From the human T2T-CHM13v2.0 reference genome, Homo sapiens: 64,000 nucleotides of DNA. The position numbers and the translations under genes were made by a program. Positions 1-12,199 of the stretch are shown here, piece after piece. The notes under the pieces were generated by a model. The model was not told where the DNA came from and searched no databases. It saw nothing but the letters and a program-made list of their open reading frames with translations. Location: assembly GCF_009914755.1 (NCBI RefSeq), contig NC_060931.1. One strand, 5' to 3'. Position 1 is the first letter of the stretch. Each line of letters opens with the position of its first letter.

Positions 1-249
1 TAAGAGTTATGCCATAATTTTTGTTAAGTCAATATTCAGTGTTTATACAGCTAAAACCTTCAATACTGATTTTTTCTTTGGTACTCAATTTTTATTTTCT
101 CTGGAGTAGTGTTTATTTCAGTTTTGCTCAGTTTTCTATATGCTTAATTTATCACCCAAACATAGCCCCTGTGATGTAATGTTCTTTCTACCCTCTATAG
201 ATTTGTCATCTATTGATCTATCAAACTATCAATTCCTCTATTTTCAAGG

Positions 250-445
250 TAACATAAACATGGCACTTCCTGTGTATCAGGCACTATTCCAAGCACTTCC
301 AAATTCACTGAAAGCTTACAACATCAACAGGTAGTTATCTTGTTATCCTCATATTTCATGTGAGACATGAAGAGAACAAATTCACAATTCATACATGAAA
401 GAGCTTATTCCAACCCATGTGATCTGACTCCAGAGTCTGTGGTCT
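250..445 (-). mobile_element. MIR SINE fragment
   Basis: Degenerate MIR-like words (tgtgtatcaggcactattccaagcactt...ttatcctcatatttca...ccaacccatgtgatctgactccagagtc). Confidence 0.5.
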
Positions 446-659
446 CCCTCCGTCCTCTGCAACCCCTATATACAAGCGACCCCTTGGGAGGGAGTCTAAC
501 AATCCCAACATCTTAAAGGAGCCTCTGTTGGAGTTTCCACCCTGTCCTACTTGGCTCTGGTCAGCTCCAGCCTGGTTGCTCAGCATTCCTCCCAGGGCTT
601 CTATCACCATCATGGAGACCTCTTTTGCCTTTCTTTCATGTTGATTTCCCCGATTACTG

Positions 660-1440
660 GGTCCCCTGACTTCATCTTTCTTGGTTATCTTCTTGCTTTA
701 GCAGAGCACATTCTCCCCTCACTTCCTGGGAAAGGATGCCTGGGGCTGAGTTTCAAAGACCCTGCATGCCTGGGGATGTCTTTATATTATGTTCACACTA
801 AATAAGAGTCTGGTTGCACAAAATGCATGTTGAAAACATCACCCTCAGAATATTGATGTTCCATCCAGATGTTATTCCATTACGTTCTGTCTTTCGATGT
901 TGCTGTTAACAAGTTCGATCCCATTCTGTGCTTAATTCTTCATTTAAAACCTACTTCTTCCCTTTCTTAAAAGCAATTGGCATCTTTTACTTTGTTCTTA
1001 GCATTTTCAAAATCTGCAATGATGTATGTTTGTGTGAGATTATTTTCACATAGTGCTGGAGAGCAGTGTGCCTTTAACCTGGAAATATGTCCCTGAGCTC
1101 TGAGAAAGAGAAAATATAAGATCAGAAATTTGGAAGGAAGAAGAAAACTTCAAAGGCAATAACCACAAATATGTTTTGAGAGATCATAAAAAAGCTACAG
1201 AATGCATGAAACATATAACAAGAAATACTGTTTAAAAAAGGAAGAAGGCAGGATATTCAGAGAACAAAAAGAGCTCTGAAAAGTTAAATATGTGATAACA
1301 TAAATGAAAGCTAGAAAGATTGAAAGATAGAGCAAAGGAAACTTTTCTTGAATCATTGCTTTCATGATTTCTTCTCTTCTGCCTAATGTGGTTCTTCTCT
1401 TCTTGGAGCTTCTATTCTTCCGCTGATTGGAAGCCCTGTG
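660..1440 (-). mobile_element. Ancient L1M ORF1-region fragment with an internal opposite-orientation piece at ~1108-1343
   Basis: T-rich antisense L1M-like text interrupted by an A-rich sense L1M ORF1-like block (attcagagaacaaaaagagctctgaaaagttaaatatgtgata). Confidence 0.5.
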
Positions 1441-1639
1441 GTACGTGTAGACTTATTGGCTCTGGGTTCACTCTCAGTTTTCCTTGCCAAGTCCTTGCCT
1501 TAGGATGGAAATTCTTCAACTTTTTGGTGTCAGGATCTCTTTATGGTCATAAAAATTATTGAGGATCCTAAAGAGCTTTTCAGAAGAATAGAAAATGGAG
1601 GAGGAAAGACAAATTGTTTCAGCAGAATATGAGACTCAA

Positions 1640-2030
1640 GAGGAATGCCAGTTTCACATAAAGATCGAAAAGATGAGTGAAGTATGGAACACGAGATTGG
1701 GAATGAAAAAAAAACTGGAGAAATTGACCCAGGCCACATTTTTCTAGGTCTTGCAAAACAATTTAAAGAATGAAGAACTCAGGAACGACCATGAAAGGGT
1801 TTTGGTCTGGGGACCAGTATAATCAGAAATATTAATAGCTTTCTGGGAGCCCAGTCTGGCTGCAGGCTGGAAAGGAATAGGAAAAATCAGGGCTGGAAGC
1901 AGCAAGGTTGGATGAGGGGCTCCTGAAGTAGTGTAGGAAACATATAACATGGCTTGAACAGGGCAGCTGACAAGGAGGTTGGAGAGACGTGCTAGATTTG
2001 AGAGATTTAGATGCTAGAGTCATCACAAGG
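1640..2030 (-). mobile_element. L2 LINE fragment
   Basis: L2-like motifs (ggctggaagcag...atggcttgaacagggcag...gctagatttgagagattt). Confidence 0.45.
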
Positions 2031-3416
2031 GAATGTGCATCACAAGGGAATTATCACATTCATGATAATCTTGGATGTCATAACTTCTATCTTTTCAATA
2101 TCAATACACACATTCCCAAACGCTCAGAACAAATGACAGCATTAGGGCACAAAGTTGGAGAAGTAAATAGTTATTTGCTTGTATATAGAAGTATAAAGTA
2201 TTTTATGTAAGGCAGAACTAAACGTTGGCTTTATTTGTAAAGAGAAAATATGCAGCTTTGGCATGAGGTGGAAAGAACAAATTGTCACTGTTCCGCATTC
2301 TTTTCAAATTTTGATTGGTGAGAAATTTACCTACCTTCATACATAAACACAAAAGCCACATGTTTCCAGGTTGGTAGATTAAAGGCGCAGAGGATAATTA
2401 CATTTTTAAAAGGGCTCTTGTACTATTTTATGTCCTTTGACTATATTATCAGGTGTAATTGCTTGCTTTAAACAATTTAAACTAGTGTTATTTCTCATAA
2501 TGCTTATTTGGCATGCCCATATTTATATGTTAATCTTAATAATTAGAATCGCACACCCTCAAAATTTCAAAAAATTGGAGTGCAATGCGGAAAAAATTCA
2601 TCATCTGGAGAAGAATCTTGACCTTAACAGTTTTGTTAAAAACTAATTGGCAAAATTTTATGACCGAGCACGACCTGCTTCTCCAGGGATAAGGCCAGGA
2701 TAGGAGACAGATCTGATTGCTGAACATCAGGACATAAACGATGTGTCCAGAGAGGAAGAAATGTAAAAGCCTAGGAACGTGTCTCTGAGGAAGTTTCAAC
2801 ATCGTCCCACGTCTGAGGTCATCCTGTCCTTGGATCTCAAGGACATTTTCTTACTGAGCTGGAATCTTGGCTGTGTAAGAAGAGAGTTGATCATAATATC
2901 ATAAAAATTAAAGATAGTCTCATTCAGATTGTTCATCTTACAGTTGCAAAATTTTAAAAAATGCTCATGAAAGTTGGATAAATAGCCCAATTTAGTTGCA
3001 AAGCTAGACTAGAACGCAGGTCTCTCTGAATTAACTCTGCATTTATGAAATTGTCATTTGACAGAATAGACTGAATAAAGCCAAGCCATGAGTCACATGT
3101 CCACACAACCAGTTACCCGAGAAAAACAAGGCTCAGCAGAATCAGTCTATCCACAGTTAAATATGGCCCTGGAGAAAAGGGCTCCATGCTCAAATTAGTT
3201 TGAGAATTCATTGAATTAACTAGAAGTAAACAGCCATTTTTTGCATGTGATTGATTGGAAAGTTGGATTTTGCTGTGGCATCCTTGGGGCTGTTTTGTCT
3301 GCATTGATCTCTAAGAGTCATGTGAAAAACAATATATTCCAGATTTATGTGGCTGCAAAGTATCATTTACATGAAACACCTATTATCATCTTACTTCCAT
3401 CTTAATTAATTAATTG

Positions 3417-3683
3417 TTTTTTTTGAGTCAGGGTCTTGCTCTGTCACCCATGTTGCAGTGCAGTGGTGTAATCCTATCTCACTGCAGCCTCAATCTCCTG
3501 GGCACAAGTGATCTGCCCATCTCAGCCTCTTGAGAGGCTGGGACTACAAGTGCACACCATCGTACCCAGCTAATTTTTAAATTTTTTTGTAGAGACTGTG
3601 TCTCCCTATGTTGCTTAGGGTGGCCTCCCACCTGGGCCTCCCAAAGTGCTGGGATTACAGACATAAACTGCTGTGCCTGGTCC
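3417..3683 (-). mobile_element. AluJ with a left-arm internal deletion
   Basis: Antisense Alu with AluJ-type words (ctcactgcagcctcaatctcctgggcacaagtgatc, tttttgtagagac). A short deletion relative to consensus lies near 3620. Confidence 0.9.
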
Positions 3684-4470
3684 ATTTTAATTCTTAATAT
3701 TAACTTATAGAAGAAAGTTCAAAATATCTCAACATGGCTTTCAAGTTTCTCTACAATACAAATCCAACCTACTTTTTAAATCTCTGTACTTCAGTTAACA
3801 CGGTCCTCTGTTTTTAGACTTTCCATAAAATTCATGACTTCCATATTTGCTTATCCTATTCTCTCAGACTGAAATCGTCGTTCTTCCATCTCTACCATAC
3901 AAAGCTTCATAACCAGTGTTCCTTCATGGAACCACCTGTAATCCTTTCTTTTTTTTTTTTTTTTTTTTTGGAATTCATTTCCGTTTCCTCTTTATCATTC
4001 AGTAATCCTTCCTTTTATTTAACAGATACTTGCAGAGGGTCTCCTAAGTGCCAGATGTCATTCTAGGTACTGGAAATATAAGTGTAAGCAAAACAAGAAA
4101 TCACTGCCCCAGGGAGCTTACATTTTATAAGGATGAAGAGGTGGGAAGAGAGAACATTTTTTAAAATTAATTACTTATATACAATATTTTATTTTAGCAT
4201 GGTGCTTTTCATGATCCCTGAAGGTTGTGTACAGATTTGTCTCTTTTTAAACTTGTTGAAGATACTACCAATTCTCAGTCACTGTTACATCTCTCATAGC
4301 TCAGCAGGTGCTTCCCATGTAGTAAGACTTCAATAAATGTACTGAACTTAGTGCCTCAGAAAGAACCATTTTTGAGCATCTAGTGCAGCACTGTGGGCAG
4401 GCGAGTGGGGGGCTTCTGGTGGGTTCTATGCAGGAGACCTATTTCAGGGGTGTGGGGATGGCCATCTTTT

Positions 4471-4783
<313 letters not shown>

Positions 4784-5645
4784 GATGGCCATCTTTTGCT
4801 AGGCTTGCTGGGCTCCTGTGTCCTCACCCCACATCCTGTAGTGACTTTGGCAGCATGTCCTAACGTCCTGTATGAAGCTTTCTTCAATCAATTACAAATA
4901 TTCAGCAGTTAGAGCTATTTTTCAAATTTAGCTGGGCATCCTGTCCTTTAATTGGCTAAATATGGCAATTTAACCTTTTGAATATATGAAAAGGACTGAA
5001 ACTTTCATTACTGGAAAGCTCTTCTAGGTAGAAACAAAAATCCCAATGAAAGTTAACACAATTTTTATCTATTTAGGCACTTTTACACAACTGATGGAAA
5101 AAGAAGCTGCCTCTCTCTTTCATGTATGAAAAAATGTGATTCTTTGGCCAGATAGGAAGAAAAAAGAGAACTTTTACTGCATGCCTGTATATGGCACTAC
5201 TTCAATAGAAGTTTCTTCCACAACCTATAAGAGCAGGAAGGATAGCCTCTAGAAGCCTTGTTTGTAATATATTACGATTCATTTACTGACCCTTGACTCA
5301 AACAGCACCCACTGAACTTGAGGCATGCCGGGCTCTACCCCTAGGTGCCAAGAATGTGAAATGATTATGGCATCTGGGAGAATATGGTGCTTATTTATTT
5401 TTATACTTGATAATTTATTTATTTACACATACATGATTTTCAGACTTGTCCTAAAATCCATTTAAAGCAGCTACCTGATAAAATATCTTTAAAAATAAGT
5501 CAGGGAAATATAGCTTTAAACTAAGCCTAAATGGACTGAGTTTCTAAGAAAAAAAAAACAAGAATAAACATGTTAGGAGAAACTCTAAGGGACTATATAT
5601 GTATGTGTATATGTGTATATATGAATATATATGCATGTGTGTATA

Positions 5646-5720
5646 AAATACATATATTTATGTATACACAAAATACATATATTTATGTATACACAAAATA
5701 CATATATTTATGTATACACA
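5646..5720. repeat. Tandem repeat, 3 x 25 bp
   Basis: aaatacatatatttatgtatacaca starts at 5646, 5671 and 5696 with identical copies, inside a TA/TG-rich tract. Confidence 0.95.
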
Positions 5721-6629
5721 CATAGCTATTATAGTCTAATATAATTTAAATCTTATGTATGCTTAAAAATCCCTTTACAAAATCAAAAGGCAAATAAACA
5801 GGGGTAAATATATACAATGCACACAAAATACAAGTGGCTGATAATCTTTGTGGTGAAAGGACTCTCCTGACTGGGAAGGGGAAGGTGAACATTCCATTCA
5901 AAAGGTGCTGCAGGACAGGAAGAGACGGCTGGGGAAGAGCATGGAAGGAGCCACCCGCATAATCTTTGGTGCAAACTCAAACCCTGGTGGTGACTTTAGC
6001 ATTACACAACTTTCTTCCCCAATTTCTCTTTGCCTGACAGCCTTGTCTCACACAATCATCTAATATTGATGACTAGTTGGTGATTGTGTTCTGGTGCAAC
6101 TAATATGGTGAGGAGCCTCCATTCACGTCCACGGCCATCTCTTTCGGACTTAGCTTCAGTTGCTGGTCGGAGCTATCATCACATATTCTCTCTGGGTTGT
6201 TTTGAGGCTCACATCTCCACACACGTGAACACACCTTTGCACACACAGGAAGTTTACTAACATAGTGCCCGGCATTCATTCAAAGCTCAACACCAGAATC
6301 TTCCCTCTTTCAAGCTTTGTCTTAGACAAGAGTAGTTTGACGGCAAAAGGAGAAACCTACACAAACTAGTCTAAGGATGAATAATCATAAAGAAGTAGGG
6401 ATATTTAAAAGAATCGAAGAGCAGAAAACACAGCCAGTCTCACAAGCAACTGGACCTGAGAAAAGAACAAGAAAAACTCTGAGGAGCAGCAAATCCACAG
6501 GTTTTCTAACAAGGAGCTGTGGAGGCAGGACCACCCAGGAACCTCACTCTGGGATGCAGCCAGTGCCATGGAAAGGCCTGGGTCAGCATGAGGACAGGTA
6601 CCATGGAAGCTGGAAACTTGATGAAGTCG

Positions 6630-6825
6630 GCAGAACAAGCTTGGACACTGGAATCAGGCCAACCGGAATGAGACACCATCTCCTCACAAGCGCTACTGTG
6701 CTGGCCCCGAAACTCACTTCACCGCTTTGGGTCTCAGCTTCCTCATCTACAAAGTGGGGATAATAGGGCTTTCCCCATAGGATTGTTGCAAGTGCTAGAC
6801 AAGGGTTCATAAGAGATTCTCAATT
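6630..6825 (+). mobile_element. MIR SINE
   Basis: MIR core-like tctcagcttcctcatctacaaagtggggataatag...ataggattgttgcaag. Confidence 0.7.
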
Positions 6826-8856
6826 AGTTTTTGCCTATCTGCTACATCTACATTGCATATGCAATCATAAATTTTATCAGGTCAAAAGGCAGACTGATCA
6901 AAATGGAGTATTCAATGAAACAAGCATAAATGCCATGTTCTAACACAGCTGGTCCCAAAGGACAATTTTATTCCTGCAGGAAGCTTGTTAAGAAGACCTC
7001 CGGCCAGTCAGAGAAGTCTAAATCCCCACCCAGAGCTTTGCACGCTCTATATACATATTAATGTATTTCTATGTCTAGTGGTAAAGTAACCTAATTTTGC
7101 TTAATGTAGCAACTTTCAATTCTCCAAATTACTTTAATTATTAAACAAGGGAGGAAGGTTGTTTTGCTGATTATTAAAATCCTCCAGAAATAATTTTCTG
7201 TAGAACATACTTTCAGAAATGTCACACTCTAATGATTCAAGCTTAGTCCCGAATAGAAAACATAATTTTGGTTTTTTCATTTGTAAGACATATATAATAT
7301 TGTCATGATGAATTTAGTAAGTCTTATTTAATATTCATTCATATATTCAATTATATTTGGGGAGTTCACTAGTGACTGGAAAGTGGGGATATGAGAGCCA
7401 TTTTCTGATTTCACAGAAATTATAGACGAGCAGAGAAGGCAGACAATATAAAATGTAAGTATATGCAAAGAAGATGTACAGTATCTCATGAGAGGGTGTT
7501 CAAAGTATAGAAGGTAAGTGTCATATCGAGATAACTAAAAAATTATACATATCATTTATTGAAAATAACACATTTTCTATAGAGTTTTAAAAATGCATGT
7601 GTTACTTATATAGGAACACAAAAAAAACACTTTATTTCTCTAAAACTGATGTACCAAAGGCCCCACAGTCACACTTTAAAGAAAAAGACCTCTTTGGCTT
7701 TGCGAATTTGGGAAATTTTATTTTGCCCTTTTGAAGCTAACAAACTTTCCTCAGACTACTTCTAAATCATCATAACATTTCTCACCATGACAAACAGAGG
7801 CATTAGCAAGAAGAGAACAGGAGAGGTTCTGATAAATCTCTTTCAGAGGGATCATTCAAATATTGTTATTTTTCTTGGAATGTTTGAATTTTCATGATCT
7901 CTCAGCCCTCCAATTAGGATGGGTCTCCTCAATGTAGAAAGTGATAATAATGAAGAAGTTAGGTAAGGTGTTCTTTTGAATGGGAAGATATGAAAACTGC
8001 AAAACATCAAGGGCAAATTCATTCATCAGCCTCCTTAGCAAATCGGTTCATTCCAAAACTTGACTCAGCTGCTTTGTCACTAAACATACCCTCTTGACCT
8101 AGCCCTCGAGAGAGTAATTTTCAGTATTAGGGACATACTCCTGAACTTACTTCATTTCTAAAGAACGGAGTATTCTCTTGTTACTCATTGACGTCGAATG
8201 AGACACCAGAGCAGAAGCTGCACATCAGCTGTAACTTGGGAAATAAGAGACTCACATGACACAGTCTGCTTCCTACAAAATCCAAATTAATTCCACATGC
8301 AAAAAAAGAAGACTAAAATGTCTCTTGAGGATTGAGGTCAGGGAAGACTGTCAGAGAATGATGAGTACACAGAGTATTTCACAACTTTAGTTGATGGCCA
8401 TTTCATTCTATCTTGTATAAACTGGGACTTCTTAATAATTGATTCAAAATGTAGCATCGTTTTTAGTGTGTTTCTTTGTATAGACATGCCCGTTAATTAG
8501 TTCTGATTTTCTATATTCTGTAATAGAAAACCAGTGTTGGTTTTGTCATCTGTATTGTTTTTTTCTTTGAAAATATTTCTCCTTTGCCTCCGTCTACTAG
8601 GGAAAAAATGGATTTTGATCAAATCGAAGCAAACCTTTATGTGAAGAAACTGCTACAGTAAGCAAACAGCCATAAAAACAGTAAAGAAAGTGAAAGAAAA
8701 AATAAAACAGGTCCCTGGTGGAAAGGGATACCCCTAAGTGTTCTTAGCATGAGACCAATGACCTGATTTATGATGAAACTAAATGCCTCTATCCAAATTC
8801 TGACCTGATTTTTTCCTGCTTTATATTAGCATATTTACTGTTTCGTTTTTCACCGT

Positions 8857-8943
8857 TACTTTTTCATTGACATTGATCTCTTGTTATTAAATATAAAAAG
8901 AGTTTATATTTAATAACAAGAGATCAATGTCAATGAAAAAGTA
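8857..8943. repeat. Perfect inverted repeat: 41-bp arms, 5-nt loop
   Basis: 8857-8897 tactttttcattgacattgatctcttgttattaaatataaa; loop aagag; 8903-8943 is the exact reverse complement. Confidence 0.97.
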
Positions 8944-8952
8944 CTACAATAA

Positions 8953-9494
8953 TGTTTGGGAAACAGGAACGTAGGTGAGCCTGACTGACGCCATTTTAAA
9001 ATCAACTCCATCTTAAAACTAGCAAGTCACATTCTTTGCCAGTCACACCCCGTGGTCATAAGATGTTTACAGCTAAGGAAGCAATTTAGTAATGCCCGCA
9101 AGGGCGAGCTCCTAGGACAGAAGAATGTTCAGATGTCCCAATATCACATAACAGTATGTGCTTCTAAGATGATCATAGCATGCTTTGATGTACTTTCGCA
9201 CTCAAATGCCAAGGATAACCTTCTCCATATCAACAAAGTAATCAATTTTTTCATGCTGTTAGCCCGTGGGCACCTTAGCTTTTACATACATAAGACCCCT
9301 ATACAAGAGGAATTTAAAGCACTGATGGCACATTCTTCAGCTTGTTTTCTGAGGATGCCCTACTCTGTAACCGAGTAGCTTTCCATAAACTCTCTCTTCT
9401 CACTGCACTCTGAGACTCACTCACATTTCCTTCCTGTGCAAGATCCATGAACCCTCTCTTGGGATCTGGGACAAGACCCCTTTTTCCAGCAACA
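8953..9494 (+). mobile_element. Solo LTR, ERV1-type (MER72/LTR47/MER41-like)
   Basis: TG...CA termini; ccattttaaaatcaactccatcttaaaactagcaag near the 5' end; 3' end agatccatgaaccctctcttgggatctgg...acccctttttccagcaaca typical of this LTR group. Confidence 0.75.
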
Positions 9495-10607
9495 CTAACA
9501 GTTAAACAAAAACAAGCCTTTGGAGATGTCTAGTAGGGTTTCTCAGCTTTTCTGTTTGGTGACTTTTAAGACTTTAATTTTTTTAATTGTGTTTTTAAAC
9601 ATATAACACATATATAAAAGAGTATAGTATATGTGCTTGTATGTATGTGTGTGTGTGTTTGTGCATAAAGAATAGCAATAAAACAAATAATGTGTACACA
9701 CTGCCCAGCTTAAGAAACAGAACTTGAAAGCGTCTTCCTGATTTTATCCCCCTTACTCTGTCCCTCCAGAGGTAACCACCATGCTGAATGTTTGTCATTA
9801 ATTCCTCATATAGTTTTATTTTTATTTTCCCCATATGGCTGTGTATAACAAATGTACTATTTAGATATTTTCAAAGTTGATCTCAGGAAAGGGCCATTTT
9901 TTAAGTAAAGCTTCCATGGTAAGAGAAGCGGATCTGTGTCTCTCGGGATCACAGTCTGGCCTTAGTTTTCCTGAGAAGTTACAATAGCCCCATTTGAGAA
10001 AACAAGTGGTCAAGGACAGAAGTGAAAACCTGTGAAAAAGCTGGAACTTCTAGAAAGGCTGCAGTGTGGTCCAGCAGGAATACAATTGGGGTGTGGTGGG
10101 AACAGGGTTTGTCTTCTTCTTCTAAGCTCAACACAGCCAAGTTCTAACCCTTGGGGGTAACTAGTGCACAGCTCTTCGTGGGTGCCATGTGGATGATCTC
10201 AGCGGATTCGGGCTGCAGGCACAGAAGACGGAACAGAGGCTCCACCAGCATTGTGCACTGATGAGTCTGGCGGGACACACCGCCATTCCACCTTCACGCA
10301 GAAAGGCCATGTGTTGATGGCAAAGACGGCGCAGATGACCGCTTCCTACACACTATCACCTATGAGTGACACTGCTCCGATTGGGATTTTTTTGCTCACT
10401 AGCTCTGGTGTCATGCTTTCTCCTTGGGATCTTTCCTCAATATCATCCTGGAACTCCCTTTGCTTCTCTGACGTGTTACATCTTCACTTTCCTATTTCCT
10501 ATGTCTTCCTTTTCTTTAGTGCTTTCACTTGTCTTGGTGAAACCTGTCTTCCAAAAACTTTTTGAGAAGAGATTACTTGGGAGAAAACGTGCCTGAAAGT
10601 ATATTTA

Positions 10608-11215
10608 CAGCTGATTTTCATTATTTGCCATAGTTATGTCCTGTAAAGTTGCCACCAACACTGAATTAGCAAATACTGAGCCATTGCTCTCAGAGAAATG
10701 ACAAGATTAGGTTCCTGCCAGTCTCTGTTCACAACATTTTCATCTACCAATCAATACATTACCCTGTTTGATGTGTGTTTCTGTTTAAAGACACCTTATT
10801 TTCTATACAGTTAATTCATTAATATTGCACTCATGGCCGAGATCACTGTAACTCAGGCCTGAATGAAGCTTAGCCACACATATCACACCCCACCTGTGCT
10901 AAGGAAAGCTAGCCAACACTTCAGCACTACACCTGGGGGTCATCTTAAGTGGAGAAACCACAAACAAAAAAGCACAAAAATCCAAAGAAAAAATTGCACT
11001 AAATAGACCATGAGAAGGATATGTTCCTGTATGAAAGCTGCATTAAACAAACCATGTCATCTTGTTTAACCTCAACTGGGAAAGTGCGTTGGGCAACTCA
11101 AATTGTTTACCACATGTCTGCAAATGACTGCAAAAGTGTTGTAATACTGATTTGAGAGTTACGAATAAATTTTAGTAAGAAAATTCACAAACACAGAATC
11201 CGCAAATAATGAAGA
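10608..11215. mobile_element. MER82-like TcMar-Tigger DNA transposon relic
   Basis: Starts TA-cagctgattttcattatttgc, ends gcaaataatgaag (partial terminal inverted repeat). Internal ctgaattagcaaatactgagccattgctc and gttaggttcctg-like words. Confidence 0.8.
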
Positions 11216-11560
11216 CTTCATTCCGTTCTCAAACTTAATTGGTTGTTTGCCCAGATACAATTGTTCAGGCTGGAAATACCTTTCCTTCAGAATATTAAAG
11301 GCATTCTTCCATTTTCTAGTTTCTAGTGTTGAAGACAAAACATTATCAGTTCTTATTCTTTAATTATGATCTTATTTCTTGCTGAAATATAATATTACAG
11401 TTTCTTTGGCCCACGTATTCTGAAAATGTCATGAGAATATGCATGGCTTGAATATTTTATTTTATTCTCATGGAAGCAATGGGATTTTTCAGTTTGGCTG
11501 CATAAATTAATTCTAGAAAAAATTTGAATTTATTTAATTGGTGAGTCCTCTCCTCTGTTC

Positions 11561-11794
11561 TTTTTTTTTTTTTTTTTGAGACGGAGTCTTGCTCTGTCAT
11601 CCAGGCTGGAGTGCAGTGGTGTGGTCTCGGCTCACTGCAAGTTCCGCCTCCCGGGTTCATGCCATTCTCCTGCCTCAGCTTCCCGAGTAACTGGGACTAC
11701 AGGTGCCCACCACCACGCCCAATTAATTTTTTGTATTTTTAGTAGAGACAGGGTTTCACCGTGTCAGCCAGGATGGTCTCGATCTCCTGACCTC
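11561..11794 (-). mobile_element. 5'-truncated AluY inside an antisense L1M fragment (~11220-12060)
   Basis: AluY-type words (gggttcatgccattctcc, agccaggatggtctcgatctcctgacctc). The first ~65 nt of consensus are missing. Confidence 0.9.
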
Positions 11795-12199
11795 TTGTTC
11801 TCTCTTTTTGAAAGGCTTACCATTCAGATGTCAAACACTTTGTCCTGGTCCTCTAATAGCCTTATCTTTTATGTCTTATTTTCCAGCTCTTTTTCTTTCT
11901 GCTCTACTTTTAAGGTTATTTCTTCAACTTTAAGTTCCAAACTTTCTATTAAGTTTTAGTTTCTGCTATCATGTTTTTAATTTCCCAGAGCTGTTTGTTT
12001 CTTGCTTCTCATTCATATCATTGTGTTCTTGTTTCACAGGTACTTCTCTCTCTCCAAAGATATTAGTGACTAAGGATGAGTCTTCAGAAGGTCTTCTTTT
12101 CAGGATGGGTATGACAAGCCTGCCTGAGGCAGACAAAACTCCCACTGAGAACTGGAAAAATGCAAAATGAAAAATTTATCTTGAAATGACCAGAGAGCT

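Noticed and set aside
5646-5720. CRISPR-like array
   Set aside because: Head-to-tail copies with no spacers, in eukaryotic context with no cas genes.
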